DNA of 64,000 bases from Lentisphaerota bacterium (GCA_015061605.1 SUWH01000015.1:2693-66692); one strand, 5' to 3'. Shown: positions 36,493 to 47,543, numbered from the stretch's first letter. Translations and numbers: made by a program. Notes: generated from the sequence alone by a model not told the origin.

Positions 36493-38358
36493 TTAATGAT
36501 TGGCAGTTGCCATAGCGACCCGGTCGTATCTGCCGACCGAGAGGAAGCCGTTGATGTCGGGCAGGGGTTCTTCCAGTTCGGCGATGGAGTCGATGGTGCC
36601 GTCAAGAAACTCTTTTATCCGCAAGGCGGTTTCTTCCAACCGGACGGCAACACCGGCGTTGCGGATCTGGATGCACTCCATCCCCTGCGGCCGGGCGGCG
36701 GCAAGCCATTGTTTGCGGAATTCGGCTTCAAAGGTGTGTAATGCGGCAACTGCCGCCGGGATGGCTGCATAGGCAATATTATGCAGTTTTGTGCGATCTT
36801 TGACGGCATAGGCGGCAAGCAGCGCTTCCCGGATGGCGAGTTTCTGCCGGACGGCGTTGATCAGAGAAATGGCAAAACTGAAACTCCCGGCTTCATTGCT
36901 GTCACAGAATTCCGGCAGTTTTTCAAGAAGTTCATCATATTGCCTCAAAGTCCTGCTGACGAAGTCCGGAACCATCTGGATACAGGTTCCGTATCCGATA
37001 CCGGAAAGCGGATCATCCCAGAGCAATGTTACCGGATTTATCACCGGTGAAGCCTCCTGAACCAGTTCATATCCCATGGGAATGGTCATTCTGCCCGCCA
37101 GAATAACGGCATCGTAATCGGCATGACACACGGCGGCAAAACGCTTGGAAGTAAGCTTCTTATCATCGACACCGTAGCAGAGGTCGCACGCCAGGACGAT
37201 ACCCGCCAGACCTGAATCATAACAGCAGTAAGCGCCGTTGTCCTTCCACATGGTGAAAAAGATCTCTCTGACCTTTTCCTGCTGACAGGCGGCAATGCAG
37301 GGGCGGATGGTGCGTTCACTCTGCCACGGATCGTACCACCAGCGGTACCAGGTCCAGAGGCCGGAACCCATAAGGATATTTCTGCCGAGTTTCCGGTGAC
37401 ACCGGATCATTTTTGCGTAAAATTCCGCATCACGGTTGTAGTAATCCCAGTAGACCAGTGAAACGGATTCCGGGATCTCATCAGCGGTATCTATGGGGAA
37501 TTCTGCATTCGGGTTGTAGTATCCGCCGCCGGCGTGGGTGAAGAACATATCCGACCAGATCATCGGCTTGAGACCTCTTTCAGCAGCGAGTACCTCCACT
37601 TTTTTAAGGTGTGCGGTCATGATTTCCCAGGTTGGTTTTCTGCCGTTCAGGGTAAGATATTTGCCTCTTCCGAGGTCGTGGGCTTCATCCATACCGATGT
37701 GGATGCGGCGGCTGGAAAGAGCCTGACTCCAGAAATCAAACATTTTTTCAATGAGTTTATAAGTCGCATCTGCGCCGACTAAAAGACAGTTTTCTGTATC
37801 TTTTACCTTATTGTATGCGGGCCACTGCAGCACCTGTGCCATGTGGGCAAGGGTCTGGATACAGCCGACAAGTTCGATGCCCAGAGAAATCGCATAACGG
37901 TCGAGTTCCTGCAATTCAGCCATGGTGTAGCCGCCGCGTCCGAAACCGAAAAACGGTTCATCCTCCATCTTGTAGGTATCTTCGGCGTAGATGAAGACGA
38001 TATTTCCGCCGGAAAGTGCCAGACGGCGCAGCCATTTTTTGAAGTGTTCAACAGTCATTACCATGTTGCGTGAAACATCGACCATGATACCCACGGTTTC
38101 AAATGTTGCCTTGTTTTCGCCCTGCAATCCGGACAGAACCATACCGATACCGCGGGCGGCGGCGGCGACGGAAGAGTAGGAAATGAGCGCTTTTCCATCT
38201 TTACTTGCGACATTGACATACAAAGTGTCGCTTTCGACTTTTTTAAACGACAATATTGTGCCGTTACCGCTTTCAGAAATCGGGTATTCACTGCTCAAAG
38301 TTTCCAGCAAAGGAAACAACTCTTCCGGGGTGTTATTGCGTTGCCAAATCAGTTTCAT
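36493..38358 (-). CDS. Glycoside hydrolase family 20 (beta-N-acetylhexosaminidase-like)
   Basis: GIMVDVSRNMVMTVEHFKKWLRRLA..., RRIHIGMDEAHDLGRG (the GH20 HxGxDE catalytic region). No signal peptide. Confidence 0.8.
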   Translation of the reverse strand: MKLIWQRNNTPEELFPLLETLSSEYPISESGNGTILSFKKVESDTLYVNVASKDGKALISYSSVAAAARGIGMVLSGLQGENKATFETVGIMVDVSRNMVMTVEHFKKWLRRLALSGGNIVFIYAEDTYKMEDEPFFGFGRGGYTMAELQELDRYAISLGIELVGCIQTLAHMAQVLQWPAYNKVKDTENCLLVGADATYKLIEKMFDFWSQALSSRRIHIGMDEAHDLGRGKYLTLNGRKPTWEIMTAHLKKVEVLAAERGLKPMIWSDMFFTHAGGGYYNPNAEFPIDTADEIPESVSLVYWDYYNRDAEFYAKMIRCHRKLGRNILMGSGLWTWYRWWYDPWQSERTIRPCIAACQQEKVREIFFTMWKDNGAYCCYDSGLAGIVLACDLCYGVDDKKLTSKRFAAVCHADYDAVILAGRMTIPMGYELVQEASPVINPVTLLWDDPLSGIGYGTCIQMVPDFVSRTLRQYDELLEKLPEFCDSNEAGSFSFAISLINAVRQKLAIREALLAAYAVKDRTKLHNIAYAAIPAAVAALHTFEAEFRKQWLAAARPQGMECIQIRNAGVAVRLEETALRIKEFLDGTIDSIAELEEPLPDINGFLSVGRYDRVAMATANH

Positions 38359-38438
38359 AAATATTTTCTCTTTTTTTTTGATGGTTTCAGCTTAAAATAA
38401 TACCTGCGGGGCGATTATGCAAGTTATTTTGCCGGTAA

Positions 38439-39677
38439 TTACCGGATAATTTCCGGATTTATCCATAATTTTATTTTTTCGGTGAAATTTTTATCCAGAG
38501 TTATCTCCACCTCATAATGTCCCGGATTCAGTTTCTGACATGGCAGCGGAAGGAAACCTTCGCCAATGCCCTGATGGAAAATCGTACTTTCTGCTGCGAT
38601 TTTTTTATCGGCATCAATTATTTTTATATCCAGTCGGTGTTTGTTGCCCGGAGTGAAAATTCTGGAATAGATGGCGTAACTTTCTCCGGCAGTGATGACC
38701 GGATGAGTTTCGTTGAGTTCCAGCGGGCGGTTGAAACGCAGAGTCGTTTCGTAAAGGTCACATACTGTATTGCCGTCACCCCGGAAGATTACCCGGAGCG
38801 GGAAAAAACCGGCTTCCGGCTGGAGCCAGTCAAAGATAGTTTCGACGGTCGCTTTTGCCGGAATTTTCACCGGGACAACTTTGCGGATGCATTCCACTCC
38901 GGCGGAGTTTGCGGTGCGGAGTTCCAGTTTCCCGGAAAGCTCTTTATCTGAAATCGAGGAAATTTTCAGACTTATCCGGTTTTTTCCTTCCTGCGGTGTG
39001 GAGTTTATTGCAGCTGCACTCAACATCGGTGCAGCAATATTCAAGTTGGTGAAATCCAGATAATTTTCCACCTTGTGCAGCTGCTTGGTGGTTCGGGGAG
39101 AAAGGACGAAACGTCCGGCAGGAGAGATAAAGCGCATCCGGGAAATATTGATCTTTACATCACGCTCGTTTCCGGGGGTGATGCCGAGGCTTTTCCACGG
39201 GATGGCGAAGTTGACGGTGTAGCCGTTTTCGCGGTATTCTACGGAATGGTTCCAATAGACGTTCCACTCCGATGGACGTGGAAATGCCGGATTATTGCTG
39301 CACATATCCGCTGTCTGATTGTGAATATCCACGACCAGATGGAAATATGCCGGAGCCATTTTGCTTGAAGAGATGAAAAGTTCCACACATTCATTGCCCC
39401 AGACCGGTGCATCGTGGCGGGTGTAGCGTACCGCCTGTTTGGCTTCGGTCATATTGGGTTCGGCACAATCGACTTTGACATAGAGTCTGGAGTCATCGCA
39501 GCCGAGTTTTGCTGAAGTCGGAATATCCGGCTTTTCATTGGTCTGCCAGCGGATGAAATCGCGTGCCGGAATTTTTTCCCATGCGGCGGAACTGCCGTCA
39601 ATTCGCGGTAAAGTTTCGGCGGCGCAAAGGGAAAATACCATAAGAGACAATGCGGCAAAATGCAGATATTTATTCAT
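38439..39677 (-). CDS. Secreted protein with CBM9-like N-terminal domain
   Basis: The ATG at 39677 lies 8 nt after AAAGGAG; the track start at 39683 is a TTG. MNKYLHFAALSLMVFSLCAAE signal peptide. DGSSAAWEKIPARDF...SRLYVKVDCAEP...WGNECVELFIS resembles family-9 carbohydrate-binding modules. Confidence 0.65.
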   Translation of the reverse strand: MNKYLHFAALSLMVFSLCAAETLPRIDGSSAAWEKIPARDFIRWQTNEKPDIPTSAKLGCDDSRLYVKVDCAEPNMTEAKQAVRYTRHDAPVWGNECVELFISSSKMAPAYFHLVVDIHNQTADMCSNNPAFPRPSEWNVYWNHSVEYRENGYTVNFAIPWKSLGITPGNERDVKINISRMRFISPAGRFVLSPRTTKQLHKVENYLDFTNLNIAAPMLSAAAINSTPQEGKNRISLKISSISDKELSGKLELRTANSAGVECIRKVVPVKIPAKATVETIFDWLQPEAGFFPLRVIFRGDGNTVCDLYETTLRFNRPLELNETHPVITAGESYAIYSRIFTPGNKHRLDIKIIDADKKIAAESTIFHQGIGEGFLPLPCQKLNPGHYEVEITLDKNFTEKIKLWINPEIIR

Positions 39678-39679
39678 AG

Positions 39680-42082
39680 TCAAAACTCCTTTCCTTCCAG
39701 TTTCAGTATGGCGGCAGCAGCGGCACGGCGCAGCTGATCGGCAGTGTCATTGTCAAAATTCTTTTTTTGCAGCAGCCCGTCTTTGCCGTTGTTGACCTGA
39801 TCAAGGAACGGAATACGGTCAAGTATCGCCTGCATGGTTTTCTGCGCTTCGTCTGCTCCGGAAATGTTGCCGTTTTTCCGGGCGCGTTCAATGGCGCATT
39901 TGAGGGCGTACATATATTTGTAATCGGTTATGCCTTCGCGGATACCCTCATACATCAGAGTGAAAATACTTGGGCACTGACCGGGGGCTGGTTTGGCGGC
40001 GCTGGGGTAGGTCATAAGGTAGACTTTGCCCGATTTAAAGTGATCGACCGGATAGTCACCGATCTGGTAGGTGTAGGAAAGGTGTCCGGTAACCCCGAGT
40101 TTGAAACTCAGAAATCCCGCCTGCAGCCGGTTGGGCATCAAACCGCCTTCCTGACCGTTGTAACATCCGCCGCCCAGATACCAGTATTTTATGTTGCGTT
40201 TTTTGCCGATGGCGGCAAGTTTACTGCAGGTATCGGCGTTGTCGCCAATGAAAATATTGCTGGAAATGTCTATAACTTCTGACATCGCATCAACATAGTT
40301 GGGCGCATAGACGTTTGAGATGCTTTTGAATCCGGCAGCTTTGGCAAGTTTGTGCTGGGCGATGGCAGATTTGAAAAGCTGCGGGCGCAAATGGGGTTCG
40401 TCATGTCCCATGAAATACCAGTTGTTGTAGTTGTCACCGCCATGTTTTTTCACCCAGTGGTCAATATCTTTGAGCCGCTGGGTGAAACCGGCACAGATGG
40501 CGGGATTCTCAAACCACGGATCATCTTTTTTCAAGGTTATACCGAGTTTTTTTGCCGCTTTCATTTCGGACATTGAACCGTAAATGATCAGCGGTCCGTC
40601 CATTTTGGCAAGTTTGCGCAATTTCTGGATATGGGCGATATTGTCTTCATCGCCGCCGGAAAGATGATGGTGAAGTCCGGTTATGCCGTAGTCCCGCATA
40701 TCTTTCAAGTAGGCGACCTTGGATTCCAGGGGGTAATGACGGCGCTGACCGTAGTGGATACCGCTGTACATCGACCAGCTCATGTTTTCCGGGGTGGGCA
40801 GCGTGAAAGGGAGGACTTTCAATTTCAGCGGCATGAACAGTTTATTTTTACCGCAATCGACTTCGATTTTTCCGGTGTAAAGACCGGGAGTGCAATTTTT
40901 GGCGAGGCGGGTCTGAAGCCAGAAAATGCGGTTGCCGGAAGCGCGGGGAGTTGAAGCAGTAAGTTCCAGAATTTTTTCCGGCATATTGGTGTAGTTGCTC
41001 GTCCCCATCGGATAGTCGTGAAATTCCACGAAAGAGAGTTTTACTGCCGCTGCCGGAATGATATTTTTACCGTGTTTCAAATCGGTTATTTTAATATTTC
41101 CGGTGGTATCTACGGTGTTGTGTACAGCAAAGTGCCAGACTGCATAATCACCGGGGGTGGAGAATGTTTCCACACTTTTTATCTCTTCAAACGGTTGCGG
41201 GATACTTTCCTGATAGATTTTTCGCGGCGGGCGCTTGAAGGCAACCGGAAAACTGAAAATCCGCTTCGGTTCGGGAAGCGGATTTCGGGGTTCAAATACG
41301 ACGGTTCGGGAACCGATTTTTCTGGTCTTTTCTGCTGCCGGCGGTGTCTGCTTATCCAGATGGAGCGATTTGAGTTCCAATGTTCCAACGGTTCCAATGG
41401 CGATGGAAACGCTGCTGCTTTCGGCCAGAAATTCACAGCTTATGGTCTGTTCCGTTCCGGGGGTGACGGTTACTTTGCGTTCAACGCGCGGACGCTTTTT
41501 GCCGACCCGCTGGGAACAGCTCACAATTACGGCAGTATCTTTGCTCGCGGAACATCTGATATCGACTTTGTACCATTGTCCGGCGGTAAGTCCGCTGTAC
41601 CGGGCATAAATACTGCCTTTTTTGCCGATGGGGGTTATTGTGGTATTGCCATCGGCATTCTTTGCCGCATTCACATCTACAATAGTCCAGGAGAGCATTT
41701 TGGTTCCCTGTGCGTTGATGGTGTCAAAGATGGCATGACCGGCTTTAGCTCCGGGATTACCTTTTGCGGTGAAACGGTAAGTTCCGGGAGCGGGGAGCAT
41801 CAGCGGATGATTCTTATTGAATTTGTTGAGCGAAAATACGGCTTTTTCGGCTTGGAACACCTTTATTTCAGCTAAGCGCGACGTGTCGCCGGCAAAACGG
41901 ATACGCAAACGCTTGCCGCATACTTCGTGCAATTGGTCATAGTTCCACGCCGCTTCTCCGGTGGAACTTATCCACCAGGAACGTTTCAGCGGCAGTTCAA
42001 ACTTTTCGGAATAGAGCGCGGGTGCGGCGTAAAGCGCCGTTACTGCGTTCAGCAGCAGAAAGAGTGTGAAGAATTTTTTCAT
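39680..42082 (-). CDS. Secreted putative glycoside hydrolase (DUF4091 / GH123-like)
   Basis: 800 aa with a signal peptide and AAGGAG RBS. WYFMGHDEP resembles the Asp-Glu catalytic pair region of GH123/DUF4091 proteins. This call is tentative. Confidence 0.5.
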   Translation of the reverse strand: MKKFFTLFLLLNAVTALYAAPALYSEKFELPLKRSWWISSTGEAAWNYDQLHEVCGKRLRIRFAGDTSRLAEIKVFQAEKAVFSLNKFNKNHPLMLPAPGTYRFTAKGNPGAKAGHAIFDTINAQGTKMLSWTIVDVNAAKNADGNTTITPIGKKGSIYARYSGLTAGQWYKVDIRCSASKDTAVIVSCSQRVGKKRPRVERKVTVTPGTEQTISCEFLAESSSVSIAIGTVGTLELKSLHLDKQTPPAAEKTRKIGSRTVVFEPRNPLPEPKRIFSFPVAFKRPPRKIYQESIPQPFEEIKSVETFSTPGDYAVWHFAVHNTVDTTGNIKITDLKHGKNIIPAAAVKLSFVEFHDYPMGTSNYTNMPEKILELTASTPRASGNRIFWLQTRLAKNCTPGLYTGKIEVDCGKNKLFMPLKLKVLPFTLPTPENMSWSMYSGIHYGQRRHYPLESKVAYLKDMRDYGITGLHHHLSGGDEDNIAHIQKLRKLAKMDGPLIIYGSMSEMKAAKKLGITLKKDDPWFENPAICAGFTQRLKDIDHWVKKHGGDNYNNWYFMGHDEPHLRPQLFKSAIAQHKLAKAAGFKSISNVYAPNYVDAMSEVIDISSNIFIGDNADTCSKLAAIGKKRNIKYWYLGGGCYNGQEGGLMPNRLQAGFLSFKLGVTGHLSYTYQIGDYPVDHFKSGKVYLMTYPSAAKPAPGQCPSIFTLMYEGIREGITDYKYMYALKCAIERARKNGNISGADEAQKTMQAILDRIPFLDQVNNGKDGLLQKKNFDNDTADQLRRAAAAAILKLEGKEF

Positions 42083-43773
42083 ATTATCTCCTTGTGTTGG
42101 TTTAATTTATTCAGTACATATTGTACAGCGGAAACAGCTTCTTGAGAGCGCTCCTGGATCTTTTCCAATTCTTCCAGAGCTTCGTGGATTTTTATGCAGG
42201 CGGTATTGTAATCGACTTTGCCGATCTCGCTCACCAGCCGGGTGCCGCGATCCATAAGTTTTTTATTGGAAAGATTCACCCAGCTCATCCAGTTGCCGGT
42301 CACTCTGCCCATGACCGCCATACTGCCGGTGGAGATGGTGTTGAGAGTCAATTTTACTGCCATGTGCCACATCAACTGCAAGGGTGAATCTGCAATATCG
42401 CAGATGATATTGAAGTCGCCTGCCGGTTCTCTGCTGAACGCCAGATGGCGCCGGTCGGCGAAGTTTCCGGAAATATTCCGGAATGCCGCTTCCAGAGCCG
42501 GATTTTTACCGCTGCCGATGGTGATAAGTACTGCGCCGTCATTTCCGGAAGCGGTCCGGTCACCGGGGGATTCGTTACCGATCTCAAAACGCAGCAGATC
42601 ATCATTTGCAATACGCGGGGGAGCATTGCAGATGGAATCCGGGCAATCCATCGCCTCGTAATCGGCTTTCTGCCAATTCAGACAGCGCAAATTGCGGTGC
42701 ATTACGCGGTACCAGGTCTCCGCAGTTGAAAATCCGGGATTTTTTACAAATGCCCACGGGCGCGGAGAAACGGCATCATCATTGCGCCGGAAGGGGGGCA
42801 GCATAAAAGTCGGGGAACGCTCGGTGGTGTCGGTGAATATATCCAGCATATAATCATCGGCGAAGTAGGTGACCAGAGCCTTTTTCTTATAAAGAGTTGT
42901 TTCATAGACGATGTAATCTGCCATCGCCTGAACGTTATCCGGAGTTTCCAGTTGATCAAGAAGTTTTTCAAATGCCGGAGCGTAATCAGGGATGTCAGTT
43001 CCGGTGAGGCGGCACATGATCGTTTCCAGTGCGGCACCGGCGATCAATTGTTCAGAAGTGGTTGCCTGCATCCGGGTGGAACCTGCCAGTGCCATCGGGC
43101 CGCAGGAAAGGTCAAGCACGCAGACGCGCGGATCGCGGATCGCTTTGCGCGAACGTTCGAGGTGTTCGGCAAGAAGATTGGCGGGATTGTTGAACATCAG
43201 AAAGACCTGACAGTTGCGGTCAAGAGCTTCAAAAACCGTTCCGAGTACGGAGGAGGTTTCGCCGCCTTCGGTGATGGCGACCAGCATATCATTTTCATTC
43301 ATCTCAAGTTCCTGCACCTGACGCCGTCCGAAAATCTGATAATCTTCAAAGAATTCGACCGATTTCACCAGTGCGAAGTCGCCGCCGGTCATGATGCTGA
43401 AAACCTGATCGTAATATGGTTTTGAAGCAGGATTTTCGTCACAGCACTTGCGCCACATCGATTCCAGAAGAATACTCAAACGCCCGGTCGCACCGCAGCC
43501 GGAAAAGACGATCCTGCCTCCGTTGCGTATGGTGTTTTCTCCGGTTTTGACCAATCTGTCGTATTCGTTTGAAGCAAACATCTTTTTTGCCATCGCTTCA
43601 ACATTGCGGTCAACGCTCTGGAGGTTACGGACACCGCCGGGGACGGAGGAGGCAAATTCCTTATCCATATTTACGGTCAGCGGAGAAGATTGTTCAGTGG
43701 GGAGAAAGCCCAGATGGAACTGTTTTTCATTTTCGATAAAGTGCATCGCTTTTTCAAGTGCGGTTTTGCTCAT
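42079..43773 (-). CDS. Double-SIS-domain protein related to MurNAc-6-P etherase (MurQ) / glucokinase regulatory protein (GKRP)
   Basis: HLGFLPTEQSSPLT and RIVFSGCGATGRLS are MurQ/GKRP-type N-terminal SIS motifs. At 564 aa it is nearly twice the length of MurQ. Confidence 0.7.
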   Translation of the reverse strand: MSKTALEKAMHFIENEKQFHLGFLPTEQSSPLTVNMDKEFASSVPGGVRNLQSVDRNVEAMAKKMFASNEYDRLVKTGENTIRNGGRIVFSGCGATGRLSILLESMWRKCCDENPASKPYYDQVFSIMTGGDFALVKSVEFFEDYQIFGRRQVQELEMNENDMLVAITEGGETSSVLGTVFEALDRNCQVFLMFNNPANLLAEHLERSRKAIRDPRVCVLDLSCGPMALAGSTRMQATTSEQLIAGAALETIMCRLTGTDIPDYAPAFEKLLDQLETPDNVQAMADYIVYETTLYKKKALVTYFADDYMLDIFTDTTERSPTFMLPPFRRNDDAVSPRPWAFVKNPGFSTAETWYRVMHRNLRCLNWQKADYEAMDCPDSICNAPPRIANDDLLRFEIGNESPGDRTASGNDGAVLITIGSGKNPALEAAFRNISGNFADRRHLAFSREPAGDFNIICDIADSPLQLMWHMAVKLTLNTISTGSMAVMGRVTGNWMSWVNLSNKKLMDRGTRLVSEIGKVDYNTACIKIHEALEELEKIQERSQEAVSAVQYVLNKLNQHKEII

Positions 43774-43789
43774 GATAAAATATCCTTGA

Positions 43790-45919
43790 TTAGAGTTTGA
43801 ATTTTACAAATTCTGCCGGAGCCAGTGTCCTGATTTCAGTTTTGCCGCTGTAATGCACTTCCACCTGATGCGGGCGGTCGAAGTCAATATTCAACAGGCA
43901 GACGCTCTTATCTTCCGGGAAAAAGGAACAGCAGGTATATTGCGGGAGTTCGCCGTTTTCTGTCACTTTCACCGTCGGGGTGGTCTGTGACGCAAAATAG
44001 CGGTAAAGCTCGGTTATCATGCCTTCCGGAACGGTCATTGCGCCGGGGCCCTCGTCAATATCCATTTCAGAAGGGAAGTTCCAACAGTTGATGAATATGA
44101 CCTTTCCTTTGCCCAGAGGACGTTCAAGGATGACGGGGTGGCTGCATTCATCTTCTGTGACCAGGGCTTTTACCTTTGGATCGGTGATTTCGATTTCACC
44201 GAGCTTGATGTTGAATATTCCGCGGCGGCGGGAAAGTGCAAAACCGCTGCCGCTCGTATTGGCATTGATCGACCAGTAGACATTGCGCGGGTAGACGGCG
44301 TTGACCTTTACGCCGCACAATTCGGAAATATCACCGTTATTGATCAGATCATCAGGGCAGAGTTCATGGATTTTCCGGTCAATTCCGGTGCAGAGCTGCG
44401 GCAGTCCGATGATCAATGTTCCGCCGTTGCGGACATATTCGATCATCAGCTGATAGTGTTCGGGAACGGCACTGTTCCAGCCGGGGAAGATCATCAGCTG
44501 ATACTGCTTCAATTTTCCCGCATCGGGCAGGGCGCCGGCAAAACTTATGATATCAAAGTTACCGTAGGGGGAGGCGGAGAGGAATTGGTTTTTTTCTCCG
44601 CCCAGCACGTCGGGGAAGGGGGTGAAAATATTCTGTATCATCTCCCACGATCTTTCCGGAACGCCGCAGTAATACTCCGGATTCTCTGCTGCGGCTTCAA
44701 CTGCGCCGCCCAGCGGAACGGCGGTCATGGCGCGCGGGGCGGCAGCAAGATCATATCTGCCTTTGAAAATGGCGATTTTTGCCTCCGGTTGACCGGCGGG
44801 GGCGGGATTTTCTTTCAAAAAGGCGTAGAACTCTTTCAACACTTTGCGGTAGTTCTGCACCACGGGTGAAGAACGTTTGATATTGGCAAGTTTCTCATCC
44901 AGAGTCGGTATGAGGTCTGTGTAGAGTTCCGGAGAGGTTTCGCGGATGCCTCCGGGGGCGATCACCCGGGGAGTGGAAAGCATCGGCGCGTCGGGAGCCA
45001 TCTGTGAACGGGCGGTGCCGTGGCCGCTTTCGTTGATGATCATTTTGGCTCCGTGCATGTATTTGAGGAAGAATGCCGCTTTGAGCAGCGGGAACTTGCG
45101 CGGATTGGCAAAGGATATCCAGGAATAGTGTTCATGGGCGACGTGTGAACCCCAGAATTCCAGATCGTACTGCCGCATCAGACCCCGGCTCAAGGCTGAA
45201 GAGACGGTCAGATTCCGGAAGGCAAAATCTTCACATACCGGCACATCAACTCCAGCCGCGATCTCATAGTCAACATAAAATGAAGCACTGGTGGTAAGGG
45301 TTCTGCCCCAACCGTTGCGGCGGCGGTATTCGACAGCTTCGCGTACTTTCCGGATGAAGGTTTCGGCGATTTCCTGCAAATTTTTCGCTTGGGGGACATT
45401 CATCACATTTCTTTCACCGAAGTTATATCCCATGTAGTTGGGATAAGCGGTCAAATTTTTTGTGTGCTCCAGTACGCCGTCGGAGTAGAGGATGACTGCT
45501 CCGGCGTCGGTCTTTTTTATCTTCTCCAGCAGGGCAGTCATCCACGCACCGTAACGGGTGGATCTGTATTCAGCAAAATCAGGACCGTTGTCAAAGCTCA
45601 GGTTTTTCAGATTCTTCCAGTCCGGCTGCGGTTCGGGGATACCGAGTTCGCCCAACTGATAATTCCGCCACATCGCCAGCGGAGTTTTGGCAAAGTTGCC
45701 GATCGGCAGGACGAAGTTACCGAGTTCCTCTTTTACGAAGTCATCGAATTCCTCATCCATGGTGAAATTCTCCGGCTCCCAGCGGGTATGGATAAGCCCG
45801 GAGCGGGTCAGGTGAAACTTTTGATTGTCATGCAGCGCCGGACCGAACCACATCCCGCAATCAGGAAGTTTGAATTTTAAAGAAGTTTTCTCCATTTTGC
45901 ACTTCTCTTGAGCAATCAT
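43790..45919 (-). CDS. Cytoplasmic hypothetical protein (709 aa) of the glycan locus
   Basis: Long ORF with an ATGA overlap with the upstream gene. No signal peptide and no family recognised. Confidence 0.7.
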   Translation of the reverse strand: MIAQEKCKMEKTSLKFKLPDCGMWFGPALHDNQKFHLTRSGLIHTRWEPENFTMDEEFDDFVKEELGNFVLPIGNFAKTPLAMWRNYQLGELGIPEPQPDWKNLKNLSFDNGPDFAEYRSTRYGAWMTALLEKIKKTDAGAVILYSDGVLEHTKNLTAYPNYMGYNFGERNVMNVPQAKNLQEIAETFIRKVREAVEYRRRNGWGRTLTTSASFYVDYEIAAGVDVPVCEDFAFRNLTVSSALSRGLMRQYDLEFWGSHVAHEHYSWISFANPRKFPLLKAAFFLKYMHGAKMIINESGHGTARSQMAPDAPMLSTPRVIAPGGIRETSPELYTDLIPTLDEKLANIKRSSPVVQNYRKVLKEFYAFLKENPAPAGQPEAKIAIFKGRYDLAAAPRAMTAVPLGGAVEAAAENPEYYCGVPERSWEMIQNIFTPFPDVLGGEKNQFLSASPYGNFDIISFAGALPDAGKLKQYQLMIFPGWNSAVPEHYQLMIEYVRNGGTLIIGLPQLCTGIDRKIHELCPDDLINNGDISELCGVKVNAVYPRNVYWSINANTSGSGFALSRRRGIFNIKLGEIEITDPKVKALVTEDECSHPVILERPLGKGKVIFINCWNFPSEMDIDEGPGAMTVPEGMITELYRYFASQTTPTVKVTENGELPQYTCCSFFPEDKSVCLLNIDFDRPHQVEVHYSGKTEIRTLAPAEFVKFKL

Positions 45920-46563
45920 AATTTTCCCGGGAACCGGTATTCGTAACCTTCACTTCCGGCGTGTACTGAATCCAATGCTGAAATGATGTAATTCTGGATC
46001 GCTCCATCCGGACGGCACCAGTTGGTCGTATTACCATGACTGCGCAGAGATACCCATTTATCGCTTTTTTTGTTGCTCGCTATATCTCCAAACAAATGAA
46101 GCGTATATTTGTCTTTGGGAAAACGCTGAAGCGAACGGTAATCGCCGATCCTGCCAATATGTTTCTGGAAGTAACTGGTTGTTCCTTCTGCCCATGAGAC
46201 ATTGGCTGGACAGTTGAGAAAAGCTCCTTTTTGCAGCGGGTCAATGACCGGGCAATATTTCAATGTCACCAGAAGTCCCAGTCCGGGGCCCAGACCGGTA
46301 CCGTTCCATTTGCTCCAGTCAAAATGTATGGCAGTCGGATAGTTGTTGAGAGAATAGCCCGGCGGCACCCAGCGTTTATTGTCGTTGGAATATTGGTAGA
46401 CTGCCTGATATATTTGTTTTTGGCGGACGATGCAGTTGGCTATTTTGCCGCGTTCTCTGGCGCTCTGCAGTGCCGGAAGCAGTATGGCTGCGAGAATAGC
46501 GATGATGGCAATTACCACAAGCAGTTCGATCAACGTAAATAATTGTTGCTTGAAAAATTTCAT
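45916..46563 (-). CDS. Prepilin-type N-terminal cleavage/methylation-domain, H-X9-DG protein
   Basis: [40 protein letters not shown]; [16 protein letters not shown]. Confidence 0.9.
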   Translation of the reverse strand: MKFFKQQLFTLIELLVVIAIIAILAAILLPALQSARERGKIANCIVRQKQIYQAVYQYSNDNKRWVPPGYSLNNYPTAIHFDWSKWNGTGLGPGLGLLVTLKYCPVIDPLQKGAFLNCPANVSWAEGTTSYFQKHIGRIGDYRSLQRFPKDKYTLHLFGDIASNKKSDKWVSLRSHGNTTNWCRPDGAIQNYIISALDSVHAGSEGYEYRFPGKL

Positions 46564-47543
46564 TTCGCCGTTCCTTTCTGTTTTTTGTTGTATATTTGCT
46601 GTAATAAAACAGTCATTGATTTTTCCGACAATTCCTTTTCAATATCATTGCTGCTGGTGTCCACGCAGTAGTCGTACAACTCGCCGGGGATGCGCATGGC
46701 TATGGCGGCGGGAACGACCACATCCGGACGCTTGAAATCCGGATTCAGCTGGCAATACTTTTGAAAACCTTTCCAGTAATCGCAAACCAGAATCACTGCA
46801 TCCGGGATTTCCTTTGAAAAACAGCTGTTCAATGCCTGAAAGCCGTCGGCATCATCATGAAGTATCCGGCAGGATAAACCATTCTGAGCTGCCGCATCCT
46901 GTACGCCATCTATAACTTCCCGGTTGGCGCGCAACGCAGGTCTGCCAGCCACCACGGCGATCTTCTGCCACGGATGGTTCCGGAAGAAATCGGCATAGCG
47001 CCGGGCGGTTACTTCCCGCAAATTGATTTCTGCCCGCGGGTGTTCCTCCGGAATATCGTAATTTCCTTTGACCACATAGGGGATGCGGTGCCGTTTAAGA
47101 TAGTTCAAGTCCGGACTTTGGATTTTTCCGGTGATGATGATACCATCGAAATTATTGTGCCTTTCATACCACTCTTTCAAGGTGAAATCCTCTTCAAAAT
47201 TACTGCCGAGGATGAGATTGAAACCGTTTTTCATGGCAATGTCCCGGAGTAAACCCAACGGTTGGGTGGATATCAGCGGATTGCTTTCTGAAATGAATAT
47301 CCCGATGCGGTGAAACAAGCCGCTTTCCTGATGCAAATTGACATATGTACCGCTGCCGTGGACGGAGTAAATATAGTTGCTTTTGGCGAGGATTTGCAAT
47401 GCAGAAGCGACGACCTGCCGTCCGACACCGTATTTTGCTGCCAGTTCACGGATGCTCTCAAGTTTGCCGCTTTCCGGATATTCACCATTACGGATCCTGG
47501 TGATCATTTTCAGGGCAAGTTGTTGATAATTCAACTTTTTCAT
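46560..47543 (-). CDS. GntR-type HTH regulator fused to a LacI/PBP-type sugar-binding domain
   Basis: [43 protein letters not shown] (GntR winged helix), followed by a periplasmic-binding-protein-like domain. Confidence 0.85.
   Translation of the reverse strand: MKKLNYQQLALKMITRIRNGEYPESGKLESIRELAAKYGVGRQVVASALQILAKSNYIYSVHGSGTYVNLHQESGLFHRIGIFISESNPLISTQPLGLLRDIAMKNGFNLILGSNFEEDFTLKEWYERHNNFDGIIITGKIQSPDLNYLKRHRIPYVVKGNYDIPEEHPRAEINLREVTARRYADFFRNHPWQKIAVVAGRPALRANREVIDGVQDAAAQNGLSCRILHDDADGFQALNSCFSKEIPDAVILVCDYWKGFQKYCQLNPDFKRPDVVVPAAIAMRIPGELYDYCVDTSSNDIEKELSEKSMTVLLQQIYNKKQKGTAK

Noticed and set aside
38432-38445. Perfect 14-bp palindrome CCGGTAATTACCGG overlapping the stop codon at 38439-38441, considered as a possible terminator between the CBM9-like and GH20 genes.
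   Set aside because: It has only a short stem with an AT centre and no following T-run on the minus strand. The genes are about 80 nt apart in one operon. It may be a protein-binding site, but there is no supporting evidence.
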